From: Dicyema japonicum
Taxonomy: Eukaryota > Animalia > Dicyemida
Reading direction: 5' to 3'
DNA length: 64,000 nucleotides
Assembly (NCBI GenBank): GCA_011109175.1
Contig: RDEW01000007.1
Location: forward strand, 1,675,842-1,739,841
A model generated the notes under the pieces. The model saw nothing but the letters and a program-made list of their open reading frames with translations, did not search any database and was not told the origin of the DNA. The position numbers were made by a program, and so were the translations under genes. Of the stretch, positions 40,555 to 52,897 are shown piece after piece (the first letter of the stretch is position 1; each line of letters opens with the position of its first letter).

Positions 40555-41532
40555 AGCAGTGATTTAAGTACAAGAGAAATATTATCAATTCCAATAAAGT
40601 AGCCATCCTCTTGGTCCCCTTTGTCCAAAAGACTGAATGCTTCAGTTTCCGTTTTCGACTTCTGAACGTGGCAAAGTCAATCATTTAATAATAGCTGTTT
40701 TGGAATTCAAGGTTCCCCTCGTGGAGGAACAAAAGTGAGGACCCGATTACTTCGTGATTGGAGAAGAAATCAGAGTCAGAAAGAACTTGTTTTAGCGATC
40801 TGATTTGATTCAAATATTCAAGCTAAAATAGAATAACTCACTCACAATCAAATCCCTGTTATTTTGAGTATAATATTCGAATATTTCTCGAACTTGATCG
40901 AAACTTTTTGACGTGGGAAAATTTTTCTTTGGAAAATTGAATTTCTTAGTGAATATTAAAAACTAAACTTTAACACCGTCGATTCTAAATCCAAATTTTC
41001 AGTAGAACTCAGGGATTCTCGAAAGGCCATGTACCTAGTTTTATAAATCCCCCTTCTTTCGTGTTCTTCCTCTGTGGGTGCATTTGGATCCACGTTAACC
41101 ATTTTCAAATATAAATCCTGAGGTTTAACTGATAAGAACATTTCTAAAGTCTCCCCTTCAAAGTTCAGCTCCTCTTCTAAATAAGTCCGGCACCCCATTT
41201 TGCAGTCCATTATGTCGGGGGATTCGAAGGCTGATAGAAGATTCTGAATTTTCAAATATTCTAAATAAAAATTAAAATACTTTTTTATTAAAATCCGTCA
41301 AAACTTCATAAAATATTGGCAGGAATTTTTTAAGTTTGTCTCTTGTTGAACTTCCCTGTAGAAATTAGCCTCGGGTAGCGAATATTGCTTTAAAATAAAT
41401 CCCACGTCCCATTTTGCGGCACTATGAAGCTCTCTAAGGAAATATAAAATTATTAGAACTTTGGTGACCACTAACTTGAATCCACCTTGATTCTCGATTC
41501 TGATCTTTCTAGAATCAGTAACATGAAACCAT
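40555..41532 (-). CDS. ITPK: Inositol-trisphosphate 3-kinase (catalytic domain)
   Basis: WIQVSGH, NLLSAFESPDIMDCKMGCRTYLEEE, DLYLKMVNVDPNAPTEEE, TRYMAFRESLSST, EVIGSSLLF, MIDFA, DGYFIG. Tiny introns and some frameshifts. Confidence 0.92.
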
Positions 41533-41599
41533 TAAGAGATTAAAATAATGCGCAATTTAATTATAAATAACAATTTATAAGATACATAAAATAAATCAA

Positions 41600-41940
41600 T
41601 AATATTTACAATGCCTAAGGGAATTAACAAATATTCTTGATCATTCAAAATATAGTTTGAATTAAATTGCCAAGCTTTGTTTGGTGGTTGTGAGCGGGAA
41701 TTTTTGATATTTAATTGGACACCAATTATGAGAGATTTTATTTATTATTCACTGCCATTAATCTTTAATGAGAAAAAATACAAAAGAATTCCAAAAGTGA
41801 TAAATTAAGATTGGGGTTATTGACAAAAATGCCATCCGGATTCGCATGAGTCCCGGATGCCATTCAGTATTTAGATACTTGAATCTCCTGGCTGCCCATT
41901 CCGGTTGAAAATTCCACGTGTCTTCATGATTTGATGACAA
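41600..41940 (-). CDS. Possible small single-TM protein gene, unidentified
   Basis: Open frame with a hydrophobic segment (MAFLSITPILIYHFW) followed by a GT..AG intron-like segment. Lies head to tail with ITPK. Confidence 0.3.
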
Positions 41941-42120
41941 ATAACGACGTCATCAGTGATACGTACCCCTCTGCCGAACCGGATTGTCTACAGGGACTCA
42001 CATGCAACCAAAGAAAGAAGAAAATCCATTGGCTCCCTTCCAACGTTTAGTTATCATAACTGCTCTTTTATTTTGAAATAAAGTATCTTGCTTAAGTGGG
42101 GTTAAGTAGTATAATCATCA
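41940..42120 (+). mobile_element. SINE family A, 5'-truncated
   Basis: gacgtcatcagtga..ggattgtcta..ggactcacatgcaa core. Confidence 0.6.
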
Positions 42121-42509
42121 ACACTTTTCTACGAAAGGGCTATTATTTATTTGTTTATCGATAAAGATCAGTTACCAAGTGGTTGAGTGGTTAGAAGATT
42201 AAGGTGGTTAAGTACCTCTATTGTGTTAAATGTTTATTTCTAACAAAAATGCACGTGAGATTCGTGAAAAATTTGTGGACGTAGTGGTGAAACAGAAAAC
42301 GTTGGATCCAAAGTTCCGATCAAAGGAAGCGTCGGGTGGCGTAAGATCCTGGTTCGAAACGGAAAGAACTTGGAGATCCTCTGTCAGAAACCGCATGTAT
42401 AGGATGATGGTTAATACGATTCCGTTTATGTATAATAAGTTAAAAAAATAAAGGAGTAATTGAAATTTTATTCTTAATTAAATTTTTTTAGAAATTAAAA
42501 GTTAGGGAT

Positions 42510-42750
42510 GCTGTTTCCTATGACAATAAATATCGAGATACGCTCTCAAAGCCATCCAGTCTTACATGGATCTTTGGTGACCTTTGGATCATTGATCCGA
42601 TCCGACGGACTAGATCGTCTGCTTGTGGACCAAGGATTCCTGACGTCTCAACACCAAGTGGGACAAACAAGTGATCCTCTGTAATGCTTCGGTACTTCCT
42701 TCTCTTCTGATCCTCGTTTTCTTAGAAGCATGACCTGGGTCCGAGACTCA
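42510..42750 (-). mobile_element. CRE-clade 3' fragment
   Basis: KYRSITEDHLFVPLGVETSGILGPQA..IG. Confidence 0.75.
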
Positions 42751-43599
42751 AGCGGCGAAATTTTTCTAAGAGTACAATTATGATGATACCTTGAGCCTTA
42801 ATATTCTGTATATACGAGTCTTTGGCTGAAGAGCTCAAGTTACTTTTACTGGTCCAGTCAAAGTCATCCCTATTGTTCTAACGTGGGACGTTGTCTTTTC
42901 GAAGGCTTATAAATATTATTTGGAGCCATCGCGATCGCTGCACCAACTAGAACATTCATTCAACCCTTTGTCCTCAACAAGACATTGGAGAGCATGTTGG
43001 TGGAGTATAGATACGGAGTGTGCACTATCGAGGAAGGATTTGGTTACAGCAACCAATCACCAGTAGCAACTCAGTTCAATCGCGTGCAAGGTAGCGACTC
43101 TTTTCTGAGGAGAAAGGTTTAGAAGACTCATACATTAAGCATTATTTTTAAGTGAAATATTAAAAAATCAAATTCAAAACAATCTAATAATAACAAACAG
43201 TAAAGACTATTTAAAATTTCTTTCAGTGGGGCCTGGCTGCTCTCAGAATTGAAAACGCAACCTTCGCAGCGAGATTCGAACTAGGGGCTATCAGACTACT
43301 CGCCCGGCACTCGTTACACTGGATAATAAATCACTTTAATCAAAGCTTTATAGAGCGTGACGTGCTTGATCAAGTCGACTAATAAAAATTATGCTAGCCG
43401 GTTGTTCTTTTGTATTTCCTCATGATAAGTATAATCATTTGTCTTATATGCTGACGTGATTGGACTAACGGGAATATTACTTTTTTGGTTGTTACTTCCG
43501 TTAGCCACCGGTTTCCTTCACTTGAAAAAACTATTATATTCTCATTAATTTAACAGTGCAGAGAAATATCTAATCCCGTTGACTTCTATTGAAAACAAT

Positions 43600-43815
43600 C
43601 AGTAGAGGAACCTGATTGGTCTGTCATTAATTCAGGGCTTTAAAAGTAATGAAGGTTCCACTCGCCTACAATGCTCCTTGGCTTTAAAAATGACGTCATC
43701 ACAGCCAATACTTCTACAGAGACACGCAACCAAAAGACCATAGCTGCTCATTCTCTAATAAAGTGTGTGACCTACACACGTGGAGGTATAAGTATCATGA
43801 CTCGAGTGAATGTTA
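43600..43815 (+). mobile_element. SINE family A, old copy
   Basis: gaaggttccac..tgacgtcatca..aaagtgtgtgacc..tggag tail. Confidence 0.6.
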
Positions 43816-43989
43816 TGCCTATGACAAAGTAAAATCCTCATCAAATGTTAATACAAAATGTAATCAAAAATATTCACTCACAAGACGTAAGAACAACTAA
43901 CTTGCAGTATTCGCTTCTTCTAGTACTCTTAATTATTTGAATAATCTCTTGTTGATCCAGCCAACGAACATCCAAATCATTCACACTTA

Positions 43990-45700
43990 AAATAATATCA
44001 TTATCCCGCAGACCAACTTCCTAAAATGATCAAATCACACACCCCAGCAGGTCCATCACTTTCCACGTGACAGGCAATGGTGGGCTGACTCCCTTTGATG
44101 TAAAACCCAAATTTTCGAATTCCTTCAGACTTGAAAACTACTTCCTTCGACTTGTACGTCAGCTGACGAGCATTAAACACGTGTATAGACCCCTTAAGTG
44201 ATAAAGACAAGTATACAAGATCTATAAAGAGATCATCGACCTTATAGTCCTCAACTGGAAAATGTGGACATTCACAACCCTCGAACCTGCTACCATCTAC
44301 TCGTGAGCTATCCATGCAACTACCAATTTCAGGTATGTCAGGTGATTGATCAAAGTCTGAGAGTAAAACGTCCTCCACTTGCACGTAGGAAAAGGCATCC
44401 AGTACTCTATCATTATTAAAGCCAATACACGTGGTGGAAGTCAACCAACTTCCTGTGGAAGGGATTTACCAAATATTTAGCATTCCGAGTATTCGAAGTA
44501 ACAGTTTTAAGTGTATTCTCCACCAAAAGGGCACTACATTGCAAATGGGAGTTCCCTGTGAGGATGAGAGAAGTGGAAACCTAAGTATCCCCCAACATGG
44601 AAGGAATAGTAATAATGGGCCAGAGCGGAATAGTAATCAGACTTGATGGTCAATGTGAGCACACAATAATGGAAGAACTTTTCTTCGACGGATCTGATAG
44701 CAGACAAGCACGTGGCATATTTATCAGAGACGTAAGCACAGTCGTTCGCAAGAGATTCAAACGACCCACGTGGGGATTCAAGAAGGTAAAGGAGGCGACA
44801 CTCAGCCGCTTGAGCCTACAGTAAGCTTTGATGTCTACCAGTGAAATCAGAACAAGCATGGACATTGTGGAGTTGCTCATATCAGAGGAAGGTGGCCTTC
44901 GAAACGTGTCCATTACGGTTGTAAAGGCACTCGAGGCTAGGAGGCACCATTTTTCGGCTTCTTTGATCCCATTCAGTGTCTTTAGGTCCTTAGATTTGAA
45001 GTTACTACCAAACCTGCATATTAGCAAGCTGAGTCGCCAATGCTCCAATGTTGAATATTACAGATCCCTTCTCAAAGGCCAGGGATGACTGGGAGTAGCC
45101 GATTCCAGTAAACGAGTCATACCACGTGAAAGGGGAGTCCAACATACCCGACTTTATCGGCAAAACGGGCAGTCAACACGGAGATGTGGTTGCAGTATTG
45201 TAACATGGTAATTATGCCACTCTGTCCACGTACTGGATTTACCGCGGCCTCCAGTAATTTAACCACCAACCGCTCGAATGGAAGAGATCTCTGTGAATGA
45301 AGCATCAAAGCTTTTGTCCACCACGAATTTAAGGATCAAAGGCTAAAATTCAGAAAATGTTACACTTGAAGTGTTTTCTTGAAATCAAACAATTCGGTCT
45401 CTTTGATGCCGACAGATATGAATACGTTTTCCCTTGCACAGCTAAAGTTAATTTTAATAAATACCTCTCACAGGAAATGCACGTGGGATTCTCTATTTTT
45501 GAAAGTTGTTCCTGAATAAGTTGAATTTGCAAATTTAGTATTGATAATTCGTTAATTATGCCGGTTTTATCCTTACCTTTCTCAGCACAAAGAGTCCTGG
45601 TCATATTTTGTAAATAATGTTATACCGGTATAAATTCATAGAGCCCGTCCTAATGTGACACTTTTTAGTAAGAATTTTAGATAACTCATCGGTAGTATTA
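43990..45700 (-). mobile_element. Highly decayed Penelope-like RT element
   Basis: Motif relics in the expected order: ADK, FSYVQVEDVL (LFTNVPV-like), MDSS (MGSP-like), YKVDDLF (YVDD-like). Confidence 0.45.
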
Positions 45701-46399
45701 TTGGACATTAAGCACTAAACTCTTAATTCAAAACAACAAAATTTTATTACATTTTTTTAGATTATCAAATAAATATCAAATAATAATAATATTAAAATGC
45801 AAGTTAATTAAACCGAGGTTGAGTTTTTTAGCGCTCGTCATGTGGTCCGCAGTTCCTGGTGGCGCCAACTCAATTAGTAACGCAGTAAAAAAAATCATTT
45901 GTTCATTCCAATTTAAGAAAATTTTTTTTCTTGGACGGCTCTCTCCGTATTACTAATTGCAAAGACAGTCTAAAAGTCCAGGCTCCAGCCGTCACAAGAA
46001 TGTGATTCCACCTTGTATAATCAGTTCCTAAAGCCGACGATGGAGTACATATGTGCTTCACGGACATATGGTATGGTAATCTCAGATTAGAAAATTATAT
46101 GGAAGGAAAATTGTCCGTCTGACTAACCTCTCATTTCAATATTTCCTTCCCCCTAGATCAGTCTGGAATCCTGAATAATGAATACGGTTCTTCACTCTCT
46201 GGGTATGGAATATGATCGTTTCTTTCGATTAAGGTTTTTTTAGAAAATCGTTAGTAGTAAATTCCTCGTCAGTAGTGCAGACCGAAAGTGTGGTGTATCT
46301 CGAGAAAAATACCTGATTAGGTCCACTACTCATTATACTGGTCAATGAGAAGACAGGAGTTATGTAATGGATTTTATATTATTTTTAAAAAAAAGGGAG

Positions 46400-46700
46400 T
46401 TAGAAGGCCTCGAATAGCCAGTAGAGTTCGTGAAAGACCCCGATCAGGGTAAGATGTAATTTTTGAGTTTTTTAAAGAAATCGTAGGATGATTGTCTAAA
46501 AGTTCCGTAAGTTTCTACAACGAGAAGAATAAACGTTGCATTACAGGGGAGATCAGCTACCTTTCGACCCTTAAATGTTTTTCCCAACGGCTGAACAGGC
46601 ACTCTGACGGAAGTTGTTTGAGCGAAATCGTTGTACACGTGACGTCCCCGACTAGGGACTTTTCAGCAACTATCATTTTCTTCTCGTCTACACATTCTGA
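46400..46700 (-). mobile_element. CRE-clade 3' fragment
   Basis: GDVT.C, FILLVVETYGTF..SYDFFKKL. Confidence 0.6.
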
Positions 46701-46869
46701 CGAATTCTAGTCCGATGAGAAACTAGGTTGATGGAGCCAGTAACAAAACTTAAAAAAGCAAGCGAGTGGATGTAGTCAAAAACCGTCAATTCGCTCACCG
46801 CATCTGCACTGGTGGGGTACACAGATCTTTAGGCAAAGTCTCAGCTAAACTCGAATCGAGCAGTCGTCT

Positions 46870-47175
46870 ATAAAAGTCCCTAATACTCCACATGGTATGT
46901 TATTGAACCAAGTCCCCCTTTCAAGAGAGGTTTCGGACAAAGACAAGCATGGAAGTGTTATCAAAAAAGGGCTTTAGAGTTACGGAGCGATGGACTTTTG
47001 AAAAGGTCCTCTCCCCGATGCCTCTGGATTTCCTAATCCTCATGAAGGTCCCTTTTCCAATGAACACGCGCATCCCGTTATACAGCCGATACTTGCTTGT
47101 ATGGGCTCGAGGGAGGAACATCGTGCCAAGTCTGTTAGAGTCTCGTGTTAGGAGTTACCATAGTCCTTGGAATTT
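46870..47175 (+). mobile_element. L2-like LINE 3' fragment
   Basis: aagggctttagagttacggagcgatgg is homologous to 60630-60660. Confidence 0.6.
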
Positions 47176-47352
47176 TTCTTTCCAAGACTACTTCCAATTT
47201 CTCATAATATTTTCCTTATCTCGACACGTGACAAATAAATCAAAAGTTCAATTATTTAAAATACTATTAAATTTTCGTGATTTTATCCACACATTGTTTG
47301 ATCAAATTAAATAAAGATTTGGTGGAAGTCATAGAAACTGTGCTAAATACAG

Positions 47353-49944
47353 TTAACTTGGTCGTCCCCTTATTAATTACTTGAGATATATTTTCTTTCA
47401 CATTCTCCTCCCAATTCTGCAAAAAATCAGAATTTATACCTCATCGACATTTTCTACAAAAAACTGATCTGAGAAACTCCAACGTGAAATTCCTGTTGAA
47501 TTGTTTATGAGAAAATAGCATAAAACACAAAAACGTGTAAAATTCCCCCCAATTTAAAGTTTGACTCATAAATTGACTCTTTCAACTGAGCGATGGTGGA
47601 CGCACTCTTACTCGTCTAAAATGACTTATAAATATACATTCCCCAGCAATTTATCCAATACAAACTCAAAATGAGACAAGCACGTGTTTGTTGAATTTTG
47701 TAGCTTTGAAAGAAAGGACTTCTCCACAGAGTACAAATAAAGACTGTAATCCTTCAGTTTCTTCCTAGCATCAATCAGATCCGTTCGAATCTCGCTAAAA
47801 TCAGATTCCATACTTTATAGTGATCGTCAATGCAACAGAATAGCTCGTCAAATGGGAGAGCGTCGTTAAAAGTGAAGCTACCAGTCTCTGGACTCCCTCC
47901 CCCAAAATACAAAGCCTCCAAAATGAGCCATAATTGGGGATAACTCTCACATTGGAATTTACAACAATCATTGGCTGCAGCATCAAATAGAATCCGTACC
48001 CCACAAAATCCTGGCAGACGATCCACCGTTGAAACAAATCCCGATTCCGTTGCCCTCAAACTCAGAAAGGTCAACTATTTGAGAACCACTAAAGAGGTTC
48101 TCCAGAAGACTTATTTTATTCAAACTCAGGCTTAGATGCACGTTTCCACCGAATCCACCTCCCTCCTTTTTAGAAATAAGACTCAGCGGAAGGTAAAAGT
48201 GCTTATATATTTGTTTCTTTTCTAAGACTGAGCAGCCAGAATAACTCTTATCAACTTCAAAGCAAATGAAGACATCTACCCTTAACGTTGAAGGGAGTTG
48301 CCCCACGTGTGCGAATTCCATATTGAAGACAAACTCATCGGCTGAAATATTTCAAACAAAAAACTGATAGTCGGAATTTTGATAGGACTGCAAGTACTTA
48401 TCTGGCTACTCGGAGTTATGAACACGTGCACGTTTTCAATGGACATTTTTGTATTCAATCTCCCCTGTAAAGTCACTGAAAAGGAATACTTCGATAATCA
48501 CTGGGACCTCTGTCTGAGATAAAATATTTATGTACTTGGAAATTATTGGTCGAAGCCACATTAAAGTGTACTTCCGGCATCTCGATTTTATTTTCATCTG
48601 TTTTAGTTTTGGGGGAAGGTACCTTTGTCATTTCTCACCAAACTAGAGTAATGCTTTATTTCCCGTCTCGCCTCTTCGTGAGTCGTACTCTTTGATAATT
48701 TATTGGAAGAAATAGGGGAGGGGTCTGTGCCAAAGTAGAAGCACTCCAAAGACCCATTATCGCTCAGACTAACCAGAACCCCTCGGTTATTACTAGGCTA
48801 TATAAGAAGCCCACTCGAAGGATCCCAGATTTATTTGAATTGCTGGAAAATCCAATTTGCATGACCAGAAAACCTCGGTTTTGTTGTAGGCATAAATACA
48901 CGAATGCAAAGAACTCATCAAAATTCCAGGATTTAACGAGGAGGCTTAAATACTGACAATAGATTACTCCAATGATATGGGAGAAAGGAGATAAATTCAT
49001 TTTGTAGTTTATTCATAAACAAAACCTCCCCATTTTCTTTAAACGCATATAAGGTATGATCCCCTAGACATATTTACTCAGCCAAAACCCAGAATGAATA
49101 TATTTTCTTCCCCCGTCGCCGGATTATTCAACAATTTTATGTCCTTGGCTGCTTCTCCAATATTCTGTCTCCATTCCGGCTAAAACTGAGACAAATAGTA
49201 CTCTTTTCTCCTTTTTGGCACTGCTTTCCAGTATAATGTTAGAATATCTCATAAATTCCAATATTACCTGTAACACTCGACTTCCATGCTTGACGAGACC
49301 GTGACGAAACTTTCTGAGTTTCTCAAGTAAACGAAGGGGCCCGGCAGAAGACAAGAGCTGAAGGAACAAACGGCTGTGATGTTTTTCTCCCCGACAATAC
49401 TGATTGTCCCATCCATGAACTGAACAGCTATGGAATTGAAATCTGTTATGTTATTCGGATTAGTACAGCTTTTCTTCCCCAAGTCCATGGAAATCATATT
49501 AAAGGTGTTTTCCACGAATTCATGCTGAAATGATTCGAACATTGAAAAGTCCGGCGAAGTCGAGTCTCTTACTACTCGTTAAAATTAAAAATACCGTTAA
49601 TTATGTAAACTACCAGCTTTTTCGGATGTAGAACCGCCAAATTTATTTCTTTCACGTTTCTTGAGATTCACCATAAAATTAACTCTGTAAAATTTCCAGT
49701 AAGAAGCTGCAAAATGGGAGACTCTGTGTCGTACTCAAAAAGGGGATCCTGGTTAGCGTCCTTTCGGGGAACATAGATTTTGATAATTCCCTGAAAATTA
49801 CCGACAATGATGATATCTTGAATTTATGCCTTGAAGTGTACCATTGTTCAAATTGGAGCTGCAGCAAACCATGGAATGCTTGTTTATCTGTTCCGCTGAT
49901 GATATATTCGAGGTCCAAAATGATTTTGCTTTAAAAAGCCACAT
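47353..49944 (-). CDS. BBS9: Bardet-Biedl syndrome 9 / PTHB1 (BBSome core), multi-exon
   Basis: MWLFKAKSFWT.., IAVQFMDG..LLPGPFVY..SESFVTVSS..VECY, LSDNGSLECFYFGTDPS, C-terminal NWEENV. Tiny introns and frameshifts. 3' end approximate. Confidence 0.9.
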
Positions 49945-50559
49945 TGCTTTTAGCAACAATATTTTTTTTAATTTTTTATAAATTTAAAATTAAATTTAAT
50001 TGATAATTAAAATAGAATAAATAATTAACCAAATTTTGGAAATCAATATTCTATCTAGTGTCTTTTGCATTAAAGACGCAGTAGGACAAGGTAGTATAGT
50101 GGTTATTGTTCTCCGTTTGCGTCGCGTGGGTTCCGATTTTCATACCTCCACCTACCTATTCGAAGGATTCTGCTCTGCATCTTCTTCAATTTTTAAAGAG
50201 TCAGCTGATTCATTTAACTTAGGAGACTCCCAGTCCATAGCCGGGATCAAAAAATATCCCTACATAAATTTAAGTTCGAGGATTCTGTACCACTTTATGA
50301 ATCACTCTCTAGATCTCGATTGATTCATTGTTTCTATTCTGCAGAGTCATTTTCTCCTGTGACATTGATTTTTCTTTACAAAAGTTGATGCTTGTCTAAT
50401 GGATCTGGCTTGGCGGGAAGTCAAATGCGAACCATGACAAGGAAAAATAGTTTGGGGTCGTAAATGAAACAGGAAGAGTATAGGGATGATGCTTAAGAAC
50501 ATAGCCTGATTCCTCTGCATGGATGACTGTCCCTAAACGGGTTTCTTGGATTCTCGCAG

Positions 50560-51045
50560 TCGAGCTCAGCGGCAGCAATTTCTCCGAACATTATCTTCAC
50601 TACTTCTTTGCATGCAGGCAAAGTAACAGTTTCGGTGAGAGTTCATATTTTAGCGGTAATCTCAGCAACAGCATAACGCATGCAGTGATTTTTCGTTTAT
50701 TTTGAGTTTTTTTCTGGAACGGGATTCTTGAACTTTATTCTGGTCGAATTTCCGCATAAAGATTTTTTTTTGAAAGTTAGGCCGCTTGGTTAAGAAATGA
50801 CGTCTAAGTTTCGTTGGAGCCATAAACTATTCGCAAGTTTTTCACCGCAAACAACACAAGTAGTAGAGAGAAATCATGTCCCCAGTCCATGTGAAACCAA
50901 AGGCAACATAACTTTCTCGATACGATCGAACTTTAAGATATGCACTGTCACAAGACACTATTTAGACACGCGCAAATTAAATTAATTCGTTTTGAAAAAT
51001 TAAAAAAATATGGAACTTCGCGGAACCCAGGTTAGGAACCTCTGA
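50560..51045 (-). mobile_element. hAT Buster/Charlie-type transposon 5' part with TIR
   Basis: TIR-like cagaggttcctaacctggg (reverse complement, ~51025-51045), YRESYVAFGFT..CVVCGEKLAN..PTKLRRH, LPACKEVVKIMFGE. Confidence 0.8.
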
Positions 51046-51336
51046 CCTAGGCTATTGGTTCCCATTGACTCCTCGTCTTTCACTTATTATCACTCCAGCA
51101 TCACCTGGTTAAGGGGAAAGTAAGTTACTAACTGACCCCAGACCGACAAGGGAGAGCTCCTATCCGGCGTGGACGACAATCCTGGATAGCATGAAAGGAC
51201 ATGTCTTAAGTTAAAATATTAGAAATAAAGATGTTCACTCTTGCGCATATAAATATTGACGAAAGGAAATAAATCATCGATTTTAAATAAAAAATTAATA
51301 TTTAATGTCACATTAGTTACTATGGAAACGCCAATA

Positions 51337-52092
51337 TTACGCGTTTTTATTAATAATGATTGGAATCAGTCCTTTAAGCTGTTTTTCCATTCCAGCACTA
51401 ATTAGTATTATTCTGTCCTTCATTTCAACGACCTCATCGCAGTATTCGAACTCGTCATAGTTGCAGACGTTTACTGAGTTTTCGACTTTTTTTACTGTAA
51501 GCCACGTGCTCTTTTTAACGTTAAACACGATTGTCTCTATCTAAGATAATTGGATGGGCCTTACCTTGTATTCTATCTCTAGGTTGAAGCTTTGGAGATC
51601 TTTGAGGATATTTATGTGGTAGTTTCGGTCGCAGAGTTTGGTCAAATCTTCTGTAATTGGGAGTGTGTTGAGAGCGGGAGGTCGAGCGATTATCAATATC
51701 CTCGAATTCTTGTCCATCTGGTAGGAATGATTAAATCACGAAAACCTGTGGAAAGATACTTTGTATGAACCATTTAAAATTGTCTATTTTGTGATAACAG
51801 TGGTAGATTAGTAGTTTGTTAAAACGGGTGGACATTGTAGAACAGGTAGAAAAGTAGTCGTCGATGCTAGTGCTACCAGAAGAATTGTCAGGACTTAAAA
51901 CTTTTGGGGGACTGATGAGGTTAAATTGGTCACATATTGAATCATCCCCAATATAACAGAGTCTATCATCACAGCACAAATAAAGGTGTTCATTTATCAA
52001 TTCAATTATTTGGTCGTCATATTCCTATCATAAACTTCAACTTTTACTTTTCCTAATGAATGATTTTTAAGTTCATTGTTATTTTCAAACAT
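51337..52092 (-). CDS. Class I SAM-methyltransferase-fold protein (divergent)
   Basis: FNKLLIYHCYHKIDNF..IFPQ|MDKNSRILIIARPP resembles motif II/post-II/III. Two tiny introns (~51541-51564, ~51720-51745). Confidence 0.5.
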
Positions 52093-52369
52093 TTGGTTAA
52101 TAATATTATTTATTTAAATTTGAATATTTTTCAACTAATATAATTTTTAAAATAATTTAATTTATTATTATTATGTGGGGACTTGGGTTTTTTCTTGGAC
52201 GGCAGATAACTACCGCTCCTTTTTGATTATGCCCAAATTGATGGGAGCTGGAGGAGGAAAGTTGCATGGAGAAAACTAGTAGAACGGATAGCAAAGAGCA
52301 CCATAAAAGTGGAACACTAAGTATTCATATCTTTATAGGCAATGCTGGAATGGTTTTAACTAATTAAAG

Positions 52370-52555
52370 AAGGGACTGACGTGCTCACTACTGACAGGAT
52401 TGTCGCAGGGGCTCATACGCAAGCAAAAAGAAAAGAACGTGTTAAGAGCACCTTCGATGTCTTGGATTAATTAACATAACTGTTCTTTACTTCTTAAACA
52501 AATTGAGTTCTGTCTAAGCTGGGTTACTAGTCATCGGCGGAAGGGATGAAAAAAA
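52370..52555 (+). mobile_element. SINE family A with alternative tail
   Basis: ctcact..ggattgtc..gctcatacgcaag core. Tail gagttctgtctaagctg..ggcggaagg matches the copy at 6200-6270. Confidence 0.6.
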
Positions 52556-52897
52556 GAGTCGACCAACATTCTCACCTGGGTGCTTTAAGGCAGCCTCACA
52601 TGTTAGTGAGATCTGGGTAACAATTTTACCACGCTCGAGTGTAGATTGATTACTTTCAACTTACATTTACCATCGTCCCAATAACAGCCCGGTACCAATT
52701 GGTATACGAGCTGCAACCGGGTCGCGGCCCACCAGTTGGGGACCATTGTTTTACGGAACAGAAAATTTCTTAGAATTGGAGTAACTCGAGAACTAAAAAT
52801 TAGTGAAAGTGAAAATCGATAAATTGAATTTACATATATTTAAAATTTATTTTGTGTTTTTTAATAAAGTTTAAATAAACAAAATTTAAATATAATT

